Below are positions 54,793 to 64,000 of a stretch of 64,000 nt of DNA, one piece after another. Source of the DNA: Deltaproteobacteria bacterium (lineage in GTDB: Bacteria > Desulfobacterota > Syntrophia > Syntrophales > UBA6807). Under the pieces are notes generated by a model, which saw only the letters and a program-made list of their open reading frames with translations, searched no databases and had not been told where the DNA came from. Within the stretch, counting starts at the first letter, position 1. Each line of letters starts with the position of its first letter. The position numbers and the translations under genes were made by a program. The DNA lies in the NCBI GenBank assembly GCA_016935565.1, contig JAFGQS010000110.1:27532-91531 (forward strand), written 5' to 3'.

Positions 54793-55717
54793 CCTTATTA
54801 TATTGTCCTCCTATAAGTATCTCCATAAGTGCTTTTTGCACGTGGAGGCGATTTTCCGCCTGATCGACGACGACAGAATGAGACCCATCCAGTACGTCAT
54901 CGGTTATCTCCTCACCTCTGTGCGCAGGCAAACAATGCATGACGATCGCATCTTGCCTGCCATACGTGAGCAAGTGCTCATTCACCTGGTAATCCATAAA
55001 AACAGGCGCTCTCTCTTCCCGCTCATCTTCCTGCCCCATACTCGCCCATACATCGGTATATATGACATCAGCGTCAGTAACCGCATCAAAAGGTGCGCGG
55101 AAGAGCCTGATTCCGCCTGGCGATTCCGCAACACCTCGTTGCAAAATGGTATCGTCGGGATCATATCCTTCCGGGCACGCGAGGTGCAGTGTAAACGGAA
55201 GTCTCGCTGCTGCATTAATCCAGGAATTTGCTACATTGTTACCGTCTCCTACGTATGCCACTTTCAGCCCTTCATATGTACCCTTTTCTTCTATTATCGT
55301 GAAGATATCGCTCAATATCTGACAGGGATGGAGAAGGTCCGTCAACCCATTGATAACCGGTATTGATGCATGCAGAGCAAATTCTTCAACCCATTTCTGG
55401 TCAAATGTCCTGATCACAATTCCATCAAGATATCTGGACATAACCCGGGCCGTATCGGGTATGGTCTCGCCCCTTCCAAGCTGTATGTCTCGACGGCTCA
55501 GAAAGGTTGCCATCCCTCCCAGTTGATAGATCCCCACTTCAAATGAAAGCCTCGTTCTTGTCGATGACTTGTCGAATATCATACCCAGAGTCTTTCCCAC
55601 TAAAGGGGTATATGATATTTCATCCTTGTTCATTTTTTTAAGCGCTTCCGATCTCCGGAAGATCATCTCAAAATCGGCACGACCTAATTCGTAAAGGTTT
55701 AAAAGATCTTTTTTCAT
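54785..55717 (-). CDS. argF: Ornithine carbamoyltransferase
   Basis: STRTR, HPCQ and HCLP motifs. 310 aa. Confidence 0.93.
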   Translation of the reverse strand: MKKDLLNLYELGRADFEMIFRRSEALKKMNKDEISYTPLVGKTLGMIFDKSSTRTRLSFEVGIYQLGGMATFLSRRDIQLGRGETIPDTARVMSRYLDGIVIRTFDQKWVEEFALHASIPVINGLTDLLHPCQILSDIFTIIEEKGTYEGLKVAYVGDGNNVANSWINAAARLPFTLHLACPEGYDPDDTILQRGVAESPGGIRLFRAPFDAVTDADVIYTDVWASMGQEDEREERAPVFMDYQVNEHLLTYGRQDAIVMHCLPAHRGEEITDDVLDGSHSVVVDQAENRLHVQKALMEILIGGQYNKDE

Positions 55718-56904
55718 GAACTCCCTAATACCTCATCTAATACGGTAATGACGCGATCGACATCCTCGCGATCGACAATTAACGGAGGAACGAATCTCAG
55801 TACATTTCCATTGGTGCAGTTGATAAATATACCCTTTACCATGATGTTTTTTACAATATCATCTCCGGGAATAGAAAGTTCCATGCCAAGCATCAAACCT
55901 TTTCCACGCACATCGACAATTACAGCATGTCGCTCCTTCAGGTTATGCAATCTCTTAAGAAAATACGAACCGATTTCTTTACAATTGTCCAGAACACCGT
56001 CGTCGAGCATCGTATCAATGACGGCTATTCCCGCAGCCATTCCCAGAGGATTACCGCCAAAGGTGGAAGCATGATTCCCCGGAACAAATGCCGATGCCAC
56101 CTTATCAGTTGCCAGCATGGCCCCGAGGGGATACCCGTTTCCAAGGGCCTTGGCCAGAGTCATGATGTCAGGTTGAGTTCCACTGTGTTCGTACGCAAAG
56201 AGAGTACCCGTTCGCCCCATACCAGACTGGATTTCATCAAAGATCAAAAGGATACCCTTATCGTCACATAACTTCCTCAACTGCGGCAGATAATCATCTG
56301 CAGGAATCCTTATGCCACTTTCCCCCTGGATGGGCTCCACCATAACGGCACACGTCGATTCAGTAATAGCTTTCTCAATGGCAGAAATATTATTAAATGG
56401 AACGTAGGTAAAACCTTCAGGAAGCGGATCGAACCCGACCTGGAATTTTTTCTGACCCGTTGCGGTCACCGTTGCCAACGTACGTCCATGGAAGGAATTC
56501 TCCATCGTGATAATTTGATATTTATCTCCTTCCATGTTTTCGTGAGCATATTTTCTGGCAAGCTTGATCGCGGCTTCATTGGCTTCAGCACCACTATTAC
56601 AGAAAAAGACCTTATCGGCAAAGGAATGTTTCACGAGACGACTGGCCAGAATGATCTGCGGTTCGATATAATACAGATTTGAAACATGGGTAAGAATTTC
56701 AACCTGTCTGCTGATTGCGTTTATCACCGCCGGATGGGAATGACCGAGACTGCAAACGGCTATACCGGCTACAAAATCGAGATATTCTTTACCGTCGGAG
56801 TCCCACACCCTGGCTCCATCACCCCTCACCAGGACGATAGGAAAACGCCGGTATGTGTTCATAATGCACTTATCAGATAGTGCGATGAGTTCTTCCGTTT
56901 TCAT
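55714..56904 (-). CDS. argD: Acetylornithine aminotransferase
   Basis: Class-III aminotransferase (FCNSGAEANE, DEIQSGMGRTG, TLAKALG). Located in the arg cluster. Confidence 0.9.
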   Translation of the reverse strand: MKTEELIALSDKCIMNTYRRFPIVLVRGDGARVWDSDGKEYLDFVAGIAVCSLGHSHPAVINAISRQVEILTHVSNLYYIEPQIILASRLVKHSFADKVFFCNSGAEANEAAIKLARKYAHENMEGDKYQIITMENSFHGRTLATVTATGQKKFQVGFDPLPEGFTYVPFNNISAIEKAITESTCAVMVEPIQGESGIRIPADDYLPQLRKLCDDKGILLIFDEIQSGMGRTGTLFAYEHSGTQPDIMTLAKALGNGYPLGAMLATDKVASAFVPGNHASTFGGNPLGMAAGIAVIDTMLDDGVLDNCKEIGSYFLKRLHNLKERHAVIVDVRGKGLMLGMELSIPGDDIVKNIMVKGIFINCTNGNVLRFVPPLIVDREDVDRVITVLDEVLGSS

Positions 56905-56929
56905 AATGTTTTCCTTTAGACATGAGTTC

Positions 56930-57829
56930 TTACGTAATCACCACTTCTGTCCCGATTCCCTCATCGGTAAATATTTCAAGAAGTACGGCATGGTTTAAAC
57001 GTCCGTCAATGATATGGGTTTTGTTCACTCCGCTTCTTAAAGCCTTGAGACAACACTTTACCTTTGGAAACATACCGCCTTCTATTATACCCCGGTCAAT
57101 CAGGTCATTAGCTTTCTCATAATTCATGGAGTTTATCAATTGACCATTTTCATCAAGAACACCCTCTACATCTGTTAACAACACAAGTTTCTCGGCCCGG
57201 AGCGCTGCCGCCAATTCACCCGCCACAATATCGGCATTGATATTATAGGTTTCACCATTTTCTCCTACACCAATCGGTGCAATGATAGGAATAAATCCAT
57301 CCTTTACCAATGACATGATGAGTTCTGTATGTAACTCCTTGACTTTGCCCACCAGGCCGAGATCTATAATCTCGGGCGGTGTATTTTTCGCTTTCTCTGC
57401 ACTGAGATAATATTTTTCCGCAAGAATAAGATTACCGTCTTTGCCGGTCAGACCGACGGCCTTACCACCGTGTTGACTGATGAGGCCGACGATTTCCTTA
57501 TTGACTTTACCCGCCAGCACCATTTCCACGATGCTCATGGTTTCTTCATCGGTCACTCTCATACCTTGTATAAATGTAGAGTCTTTCCCCAGTTGCTTTA
57601 AATGACGGCCAATCTGCGGCCCTCCCCCATGAACAATGACAGGGTTCATTCCAATATACTTCATCATGACCACATCCATGGCGAACATTTTTTTCAACGC
57701 ATCGTCGACCATGGCATGACCGCCATACTTGATCACAATAGTTTTATTATAAAATCGTCGTATATAAGGCAAAGCCTCCAAAAGGATATCTGCCCGTTCC
57801 ATCGATTTTTTCACTGTATCGCTATGCAC
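56930..57829 (-). CDS. argB: Acetylglutamate kinase
   Basis: [17 protein letters not shown] and [12 protein letters not shown] motifs. 299 aa. Confidence 0.95.
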   Translation of the reverse strand: MHSDTVKKSMERADILLEALPYIRRFYNKTIVIKYGGHAMVDDALKKMFAMDVVMMKYIGMNPVIVHGGGPQIGRHLKQLGKDSTFIQGMRVTDEETMSIVEMVLAGKVNKEIVGLISQHGGKAVGLTGKDGNLILAEKYYLSAEKAKNTPPEIIDLGLVGKVKELHTELIMSLVKDGFIPIIAPIGVGENGETYNINADIVAGELAAALRAEKLVLLTDVEGVLDENGQLINSMNYEKANDLIDRGIIEGGMFPKVKCCLKALRSGVNKTHIIDGRLNHAVLLEIFTDEGIGTEVVIT

Positions 57830-57899
57830 CGTATGTTTCTCCGTTCAATCTGAGCTTCATATCGAAGCCGTGAGCCTTTAACCTTGATCCCACGACCCT

Positions 57900-59282
57900 T
57901 TATAAAACATATCTGCTGAGATCTTCATCTTCTACAATATCTTCCAGCTTTTCCTTCACGTAATCAGCATCAATGATCACCTTTTTCTCCGTCATATCGG
58001 GTGCATCAAATGAAATATCTTCCAGGAATGATTCCATCACTGTATAAAGGCGTCGCGCCCCGATATTTTCCATTCTATCATTTACTATGGCAGCAACCTC
58101 TGCGATTTCAGCTATTGCATCATCTCTGAAAACAAGTTCCAGGCCTTCAGTTGCCAGCATCTCCTCATACTGCTTCACCAGCGCATTGTGCGGTTCCGTC
58201 AAAATTCGAATAAAATCTTCTTTTGTCAACGGATCCAGTTCCACCCTGATGGGAAATCTCCCCTGCAACTCGGGGATGAGATCGGACGGTTTGGTAGCGC
58301 TAAAAGCACCGGCAGCAATAAAGAGTATATGATCTGTTCTCACCATGCCGTATTTCGTGTTCACCGTCGATCCCTCGACTATAGGGAGGAGATCTCTCTG
58401 AACCCCTTCTCGCGACACATCGGGACCGTGGGACGAATCACTGCCGACGATTTTGTCGATCTCATCGAGAAAAATAATACCTGACTGTTCGACCCGTTCT
58501 ACCGCTGTTCTTGTGACTTTGTCCATGTCCACCAGTCTCTGCGCTTCTTCCTCGGCAAGAATTTCCATGGCTTCAGAAACTTTAACCTTTCGCCTTTTCG
58601 TTCTCTTCGGGAAGATATTTCCGAACATTTCTTTGATATTCAAGCCCATATCCTCGACACCGGACGAGGAAAAAATCTCAATCATCGGACCGGTCTGGCT
58701 TTCTGCCACTTCCAGATCAACAATCCGCTCATCCAATTTTCCCTCTCTCAGAAGTCGACGGAGTTTCTCTCGGGTTCCGTCCTGCGTAATGATCTCATCG
58801 TTCTTTGAGAGATCTATCACATCATCGCCCGATGACTCTTCCGGTTTCGGTTCAGTCCGTCGCTTCGGAAGAAGAACATCCAAGATCCTCTCTTCGGCCA
58901 TGTCCATCGCTTTAATCCTGACATTTTCCTGTTCCTCCGATTTCACCATGTTCACGGACAGTTCAACAAGATCTCGAATCATTGATTCCACATCTCTTCC
59001 CACGTAGCCCACCTCTGTAAATTTAGAGGCTTCAATTTTCAAAAAAGGAGAATTGTCAAGTTTTGCCAGTCTTCGTGCGATTTCTGTTTTACCGACGCCT
59101 GTAGGGCCGATCATAATAATATTTTTGGGTGCTATCTCTTCCCTCAATTCCTCGGATACTTTTTGACGTCTCCACCTGTTTCTCAGGGCAATAGCAACGG
59201 CTCTTTTTGCATCGTCTTGACCTATTATATATTTATTTAGCTCCGATACGATTTCTCTTGGTGTCAAGTTTTTCGGTGACAT
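57900..59282 (-). CDS. hslU: ATP-dependent protease ATPase subunit HslU
   Basis: [32 protein letters not shown] and IIFLDEIDK motifs. 460 aa. Confidence 0.97.
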   Translation of the reverse strand: MSPKNLTPREIVSELNKYIIGQDDAKRAVAIALRNRWRRQKVSEELREEIAPKNIIMIGPTGVGKTEIARRLAKLDNSPFLKIEASKFTEVGYVGRDVESMIRDLVELSVNMVKSEEQENVRIKAMDMAEERILDVLLPKRRTEPKPEESSGDDVIDLSKNDEIITQDGTREKLRRLLREGKLDERIVDLEVAESQTGPMIEIFSSSGVEDMGLNIKEMFGNIFPKRTKRRKVKVSEAMEILAEEEAQRLVDMDKVTRTAVERVEQSGIIFLDEIDKIVGSDSSHGPDVSREGVQRDLLPIVEGSTVNTKYGMVRTDHILFIAAGAFSATKPSDLIPELQGRFPIRVELDPLTKEDFIRILTEPHNALVKQYEEMLATEGLELVFRDDAIAEIAEVAAIVNDRMENIGARRLYTVMESFLEDISFDAPDMTEKKVIIDADYVKEKLEDIVEDEDLSRYVL

Positions 59283-59455
59283 AAAAACCTCATTTTTTTA
59301 TCATTGCAAGCACACAAAATTAACCAAAGGACTCAAAATCTAAAAACACTCCCTCTATCAAAACCCTCAAACGGTACATCAGGAGTTTTGAGGTTTATGT
59401 TGAAATTTATCGGGAAGTTAGATCAAAAGTATTAATGGTCTGAATCGAATGAATT

Positions 59456-60040
59456 TCAGCGTTTTTTCTTGTTTATTTTTTTATTGGTACTTTCTTCTTC
59501 ACCGGTTGTGTCAATTTCTTCGATCGTTATTTGATCGTTTGTATAGATATCGATAGTGGCTGCTATTTTCATTGCTTCTCTCGCAATATCAGATGCACTC
59601 AAATCGGAATGTTTAATCAGCGCTCGAGCTGCCGCCAACGCATATGGTCCACCCGAACCAACGGCCATAACTTCGTCGTCCGGTTCAACTACATCACCAT
59701 TACCGGATATAATGAGAGATTTTTCATGACTGACGGCAATCATCAGGGCTTCCAAATGCCGTAATACCCTGTCCGTCCTCCAATCTTTGGCCAGTTCAAC
59801 GGCAGCCCTTAAAAGATTGCCGTTATACTGTTCCAGTTTTTGATCGAACCTCTCAAAAAGGGTAAACGCGTCAGCAGTTGCCCCGGCAAAACCGACTACC
59901 ACGTTATTGTGATATAATCTCCGAACTTTTCTGGCTCCATGTTTTAATATGGAAACATCAAGTGTCACCTGCCCGTCTCCGGCCACTGATACTTTTCCCT
60001 TGTGCCTTACAGCAAGTATGGTCGTTCCTCTGATTTTCAT
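59456..60040 (-). CDS. hslV: ATP-dependent protease subunit HslV
   Basis: [11 protein letters not shown] (N-terminal Thr after Met processing) and [14 protein letters not shown]. It carries an extra charged C-terminal tail of about 18 aa. Confidence 0.95.
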   Translation of the reverse strand: MKIRGTTILAVRHKGKVSVAGDGQVTLDVSILKHGARKVRRLYHNNVVVGFAGATADAFTLFERFDQKLEQYNGNLLRAAVELAKDWRTDRVLRHLEALMIAVSHEKSLIISGNGDVVEPDDEVMAVGSGGPYALAAARALIKHSDLSASDIAREAMKIAATIDIYTNDQITIEEIDTTGEEESTNKKINKKKR

Positions 60041-60046
60041 GTACGA

Positions 60047-60976
60047 TTACCCGCCTCCTTTTGCCTTGGGGTGTGCCCTGTCATAGATTTCCAATAGTTT
60101 GCCGACACTCACAGATGTATATTTCTGTGTAGTTGAAAGACTCTCATGACCCAGAAGTTCCTGTATAACACGCAAATCAGCTCCCCCATCCATGAGATGA
60201 GTGGCAAAGGTGTGCCGAAGAGCATGAGGTCCGATCTTCTTGTTTATCCCGCTTGAAAGAACATACTTGTCAAGTAACCGTCCCACGCTTCTGGTGGACA
60301 TTCTTGTCCCGAATCTATTGAGAAAAAGAGCATCATCGTCTTCATTATTTCTCTTTTTTTTGAACAATTCGTCTCGTTTGCCCATATATTTTTTTAGAGC
60401 CTCTTCTGCCGGGCCACCCATGGGAACGATTCGTTCTTTCTTACCCTTCCCTCTTATTTTAATCAAGCCGGAACCCCAATCAATATCATCTATATTCAAG
60501 CCGGTCAGTTCTCCTACACGAACACCCGAGGAATAAAACAGTTCAATCATTGCCTTATCCCTCAGTCCGAAAATATCAGACTTAAATGTCGTACCAACAA
60601 GAGAAAATACCTCATCCACTGACAAAAAAGTGGGCAGGTATTTGTCAATCTTAGGAACCTGAATCAATTCAGCGGGGTTATTCTTCACGCTCCCTTCACG
60701 GAGAAGATACTTAAAAAAAGCTCTCAGGCTTGCAATCTTTCTCGATATCGTTACTTTTTTTATTTTTTTGCGATACAGAAAAGCAAGAAACGCCCGTATC
60801 GTCATCTGATCGACATCAATATGTTTATCATTTCCCCCTTTTCTCACCGAAATCCCATTCCCCAGAAGAAATTGTTGAAACTGTTTTACATCATTCACGT
60901 AACTCCGCTTTGTATGAGGTGAAAGATTTCTTTCAATTTCAATATGATTACTAAAAGCCCTGATAGCATTTTCCAC
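60047..60976 (-). CDS. xerC: Tyrosine recombinase XerC/XerD family
   Basis: 309 aa. SAM-like N-domain and catalytic R...HxLRHTFATHL...GH...Y residues (ELLGHESLSTTQKYT). Conserved xerC-hslV-hslU gene order. Confidence 0.85.
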   Translation of the reverse strand: MENAIRAFSNHIEIERNLSPHTKRSYVNDVKQFQQFLLGNGISVRKGGNDKHIDVDQMTIRAFLAFLYRKKIKKVTISRKIASLRAFFKYLLREGSVKNNPAELIQVPKIDKYLPTFLSVDEVFSLVGTTFKSDIFGLRDKAMIELFYSSGVRVGELTGLNIDDIDWGSGLIKIRGKGKKERIVPMGGPAEEALKKYMGKRDELFKKKRNNEDDDALFLNRFGTRMSTRSVGRLLDKYVLSSGINKKIGPHALRHTFATHLMDGGADLRVIQELLGHESLSTTQKYTSVSVGKLLEIYDRAHPKAKGGG

Positions 60977-61002
60977 GTCATTTCACCTCTCATACGCCCT
61001 TC

Positions 61003-61030
61003 AGATTGATGAGAGCTGTATCATCAATCT
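61003..61030. repeat. 28-bp palindrome, readable as 10-8-10 perfect or as 11-6-11 with one mismatch
   Basis: AGATTGATGA GAGCTGTA TCATCAATCT. It lies 27 nt upstream of the xerC start codon. Confidence 0.7.
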
Positions 61031-61058
61031 TTCTTTCCGGAAGAGGAATCGGATCAGA

Positions 61059-61289
61059 TTAAACAGAGCACCTCCTGATGCCGGCATGGTAGCAACAACA
61101 GGAATTGGCAAAATTGTTGTCAAAAACCCGTGTGTAACCATCTCTAAAAGCTATTCTAACGTAAGACATTCCACCTAATATATTTGAATTCCGCTCCTCT
61201 ACCACGACACCAAATCCCCATTCCGGATATCGGAGATGAACAACTTGGTCACCTGTCTTGAGATATAGTCGCCGGATTTCTTCTTTCAT
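61059..61289 (-). CDS. Small DUF3553-like protein
   Basis: 76 aa. GDQVVHLRYPEWGFGVVVEE resembles the G-x-V-x-H...WG-x-G-x-V core of DUF3553. Recognised from memory only. Confidence 0.5.
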   Translation of the reverse strand: MKEEIRRLYLKTGDQVVHLRYPEWGFGVVVEERNSNILGGMSYVRIAFRDGYTRVFDNNFANSCCCYHAGIRRCSV

Positions 61290-61312
61290 AACGAATTGTT
61301 AACAATTCACGT

Positions 61313-61819
61313 TTACATCTTATACTTGCCAAAATCCTCGGGAGAAAGGTTTTCCAAAAATTCTTTCAATTTTTCCTTTGTGTATTTACTGAGATCTGAT
61401 TTCTTTTTCCCGAAATCCAGGTTCATTGATTTCTCGATAACCTTTTCATCCACAAAGATGTTAGCATTTGCCCTCAGAGCAAGAGCAATTGCGTCACTCG
61501 GTCGTGAATCAACTTCAATGCACTGTCCGGCTCTTACCATTTTGATGACTGCAAAAAACGTATTATTCTTCAGATCATTGATGACGATACTTATAATTTT
61601 TACATCCAGTATCTTGAGCATTTCATTCACAAGATCATGGGTCATCGGACGCGAAAAACTTATTTTCTCGAGTTCGGTTGCTATAGCGCTTGCCTCAAAG
61701 AGACCGATCCAAATGGGAATAACCTTCTTTTCTTCCAGGTCTTTTAAAATCACAATGGGGGTATTTGTTGTTGGATCAATAGCTAAACCAAATACTTTCA
61801 TTTCTACTAACATTGCCAA
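61313..61819 (-). CDS. Bifunctional nuclease family (BFN/DUF151) protein
   Basis: MKVFGLAIDPTTNTPIVILKD...IPIWIGLFEASAIA...RPMTHDL...SRPSDAIALALR is the BFN-domain pattern. The start is uncertain and overlaps the miaB 3' end. Confidence 0.75.
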   Translation of the reverse strand: MAMLVEMKVFGLAIDPTTNTPIVILKDLEEKKVIPIWIGLFEASAIATELEKISFSRPMTHDLVNEMLKILDVKIISIVINDLKNNTFFAVIKMVRAGQCIEVDSRPSDAIALALRANANIFVDEKVIEKSMNLDFGKKKSDLSKYTKEKLKEFLENLSPEDFGKYKM

Positions 61820-63161
61820 TTCCTCTCCTCTTTGCTATCAACTTACCTCTCAGAGAATTTATATACGCCTTTGTTATCTTGACCCGTACAATTGTTCCGA
61901 TTATATCTCCGCTCGCTTTAAAATTGACGATTTTATTGGTCCCCGTTCTACCCACAACATCAGTTCGCTTATTTTTGCTGTATCCTTCTACCAGAATATC
62001 CTCTACTCTTCCTTCCAGGGCTCTGTTGCTTTCCAGGGTATGTCTTTTCTGTAACGACTGTACAACTTCAAGCCTTTTGCTTTTAACGCTTTCGGGCACC
62101 TTGTCATCGTACCTCTCCGCCGCGGTTCCACTCCGAACAGAATATTTAAACGAAAAAGTATTATCAAACCTTACTTTTTCCATAAGGTCAATAGTTTTTT
62201 GAAAATCATTGTCCTTCTCACCGGGAAAACCAACAATGATATCCGAGGTAATGCTAATATTCGAGCACACATCTCTTAATTTCTCCACCTTTTTCAGGTA
62301 CTCCTTCGATGTATAGTGTCTATTCATGCGTTGCAGAATGTAATCTGATCCCGACTGTACGGGTAGATGAATGTGCTTGCACAAGGAATCTACCTCGGCA
62401 AAACAGGCAATAAGGTCGTCCGATAAATCCTTGGGATGCGATGTTGTGAACCGGATTCTTTCTATTCCTGCTTCATCTCCTATCTTCTTCAATAAGGAAG
62501 GGAAGTTTGAACTATTATGCAACGTTTTCCCGTATGAGTTTACATTCTGGCCGAGCAGTGTAATCTCTCGAATACCATGATCGGCCAAAAATTTAATTTC
62601 ATTAATGATGTCACTGCTGTCCCGACTTTCCTCTCGTCCTCGCAGGTATGGGACAACGCAAAAAGAGCAGAAATTGTTACAACCTTGCATGATAGTGACA
62701 TACGAACGCACACGTCCATGTCTCGGCAGCGTTTGTATGCCCAGAGATTTGACCGATTCATGAAATGATGTTTCTACGGCCCGGTTTCCATTTTTCTGAA
62801 CATATTGTAGCATTGCCGGCAGTCGGTGTATATTATGGGTCCCAAATACCAGATCAAGATACGGGGCTTTTTTTATAAGGTCGGCTCCCATCTGTTGCGC
62901 AACACATCCGCCGATCCCGATTATCAATCCGGGATTGATTTCTTTTAACTTTCTGAATCTTCCGAGCAGGCTGTACGCTTTTTGTTCGGCCTTCTCCCTG
63001 ATACTACAGGTATTTATAATAATAAGATCGGCATTTTTCTCATTGTCCGTCCTCCGGTAGCCTTTCTCCTTGAGTAATTCCTCGATCTGTTCCGAATCGT
63101 GGACATTCATCTGACAACCAAATGTTCGAATATAAAGATTCTTATGACCTGCCATAAACAA
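61776..63161 (-). CDS. miaB: tRNA-i6A37 methylthiotransferase MiaB
   Basis: UPF0004 domain (YIRTFGCQMN), radical-SAM CNNFCSFCVVP, and a C-terminal TRAM domain. Confidence 0.95.
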   Translation of the reverse strand: MFMAGHKNLYIRTFGCQMNVHDSEQIEELLKEKGYRRTDNEKNADLIIINTCSIREKAEQKAYSLLGRFRKLKEINPGLIIGIGGCVAQQMGADLIKKAPYLDLVFGTHNIHRLPAMLQYVQKNGNRAVETSFHESVKSLGIQTLPRHGRVRSYVTIMQGCNNFCSFCVVPYLRGREESRDSSDIINEIKFLADHGIREITLLGQNVNSYGKTLHNSSNFPSLLKKIGDEAGIERIRFTTSHPKDLSDDLIACFAEVDSLCKHIHLPVQSGSDYILQRMNRHYTSKEYLKKVEKLRDVCSNISITSDIIVGFPGEKDNDFQKTIDLMEKVRFDNTFSFKYSVRSGTAAERYDDKVPESVKSKRLEVVQSLQKRHTLESNRALEGRVEDILVEGYSKNKRTDVVGRTGTNKIVNFKASGDIIGTIVRVKITKAYINSLRGKLIAKRRGIGNVSRNESIWFSY

Positions 63162-63309
63162 TGTAACCCTATTGTAGTAAAGAATTCATACTATTATAAC
63201 CCTTAATATAAGGCACTTTATCAGTCAACACAATTCTACCGTACCAGAGACAACAGAAGACATCACCGACGCCTCGGACAGGGAGAGGAAAGATGACACA
63301 CATACTATA

Positions 63310-64000
63310 TCAGGTTTCATAATGCAGCTGGAGTTGTGAATCAGGATCAACCCGGAACTTGAATCCTTTTTCTTTAAAAAGTTTCAAGCAAATATCCACT
63401 ACTTCCGAATCGTATAGGATGCCCTTGTATTTTGATAATTCCCCTAATGCCGCTTCTGTACCAAGGGCTGGCCTGTAAGGTCGATGTGATGCCATTGCTT
63501 CAAAGACATCAGCTACAGCCAGAATTTTTGCTTCGATCAGAATATCGTCACCTTTAAGACCGTCAGGATATCCCGATCCGTCAATTCTCTCGTGATGCTG
63601 ACGCACAATCTGAGCTACGGGCCACGGAAATTCTATTGTTTTTAAGATATCGTAACCAACATCGGGATGGACTCTCATCATTAATGTTTCAATATCAGTT
63701 AATATACCAGGTTTACTTAAAATTTCTGACGGCTCATATATTTTACCTATATCGTGAAGTGTTCCTGCAACCTTGATCCCATCTATCTGATCCTTTGTTA
63801 AACTCATCTCCTCGGCTATGGCAACCGCAAGCTGAGTAACTCGCTGCGAATGACCTGCCGTATACGGATCTCTTTTCTCCGTTACGGACGCTAAAGCCTG
63901 CACCGTTTCCTCCAAGCGCCTTTGAAGTCTTTCAACCGTCTCTTTAAGTTCTTCCTGTGCTTTTCTGCGGTCGGTAATATCTTTTACATAACCCATATCA
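63310..64000 (-). CDS. HD-GYP domain protein (c-di-GMP phosphodiesterase family), 5'-truncated by the window edge
   Basis: HDIGKIYEP and HHERIDGSGYPDG motifs. The N-terminal residues GYVKDITDRRKAQEEL look like the end of a PAS domain, so the ORF continues beyond position 64000. Confidence 0.85.
   Translation of the reverse strand, partial: DMGYVKDITDRRKAQEELKETVERLQRRLEETVQALASVTEKRDPYTAGHSQRVTQLAVAIAEEMSLTKDQIDGIKVAGTLHDIGKIYEPSEILSKPGILTDIETLMMRVHPDVGYDILKTIEFPWPVAQIVRQHHERIDGSGYPDGLKGDDILIEAKILAVADVFEAMASHRPYRPALGTEAALGELSKYKGILYDSEVVDICLKLFKEKGFKFRVDPDSQLQLHYET

Noticed and set aside
60047-60976. The tyrosine recombinase considered as the integrase of an integrated mobile element, with the nearby tRNA genes as an attachment site.
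   Set aside because: It sits in the conserved housekeeping xerC-hslV-hslU arrangement, about 14 kb from the tRNAs. There are no phage or plasmid genes, no direct repeats and no compositional shift around it.
1-64000. A window-wide search for CRISPR arrays, IS or transposon ends, toxin-antitoxin pairs, restriction-modification or other defence modules, rRNA genes and prophage genes.
   Set aside because: I saw no regularly spaced direct repeats and no transposase, integrase-cassette, nuclease-methylase or phage structural signatures in any of the six-frame translations. Apart from the items listed as findings, the window is flagellar and housekeeping DNA.

Overview
Bacterial chromosomal window with about 42% GC by eye. 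There are no CRISPR arrays, transposases, phage genes or recognisable defence genes.

**1. Flagellar regulon (49-33092, all minus strand).** This is a near-complete regulon of the FlhF/FlhG (polar) type. In transcription order it contains:
- a two-component pair made of a sensor-less histidine kinase (HK) and a sigma54-dependent response regulator (RR)
- flgBC-fliEFGHIJ, a MotE/YlxF-like gene, then fliK-flgD-flgE
- motA, two tandem motB-like genes, then fliLMNOPQR
- flhB-flhA-flhF-flhG-fliA, followed by a FliL paralogue, a small secreted protein and an orphan HK
- a four-gene accessory operon ending in a stand-alone FlhB C-terminal domain
- flgF-flgG

Reading the intergenic DNA gave six -24/-12 (sigma54) elements of one shared variant, TGG[CT]A[CT]-N5-[TC]TGC[TA]. 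It also gave two sigma28-like elements, TAAAG-N15-[GA][AC]CGAT.

**2. Peptidoglycan and cell-shape cluster (33672-41186).** A large SPOR+TPR protein is transcribed divergently from four plus-strand genes:
- a YkuD-fold plus NTF2-like (Csd6/Pgp2-like) protein
- an unknown membrane coiled-coil protein
- an M14 carboxypeptidase with the unusual Q-x-x-E...H ligand pattern of Csd4/Pgp1
- a bactofilin

**3. Regulatory and c-di-GMP block (41325-45744).** It holds an orphan sigma54 RR, a short FlgM-like protein, a REC-GAF-HD-GYP phosphodiesterase and a YcgR-like PilZ protein.

**4. tRNAs and housekeeping genes.** tRNA-Cys and tRNA-Gly are followed by pgsA, tal/fsa, folK, dapB-dapA-lysA, argH-G-F-D-B, hslUV, xerC, a bifunctional-nuclease-family gene, miaB and a partial PAS/HD-GYP gene. 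The xerC-hslVU-arg-lys/dap synteny resembles Desulfuromonadales/Syntrophales-type deltaproteobacteria. That is inference only.

**Limits.** All functional calls come from motif and family recognition in the supplied translations. No database or HMM search was possible. The best candidate for something under-described is the Csd4/Csd6/bactofilin-type cluster wired next to the flagellar sigma54/c-di-GMP regulators. The next two are the Asp-less MotB paralogue and the sigma28-driven FliK-like/FlhB-C-only operon.
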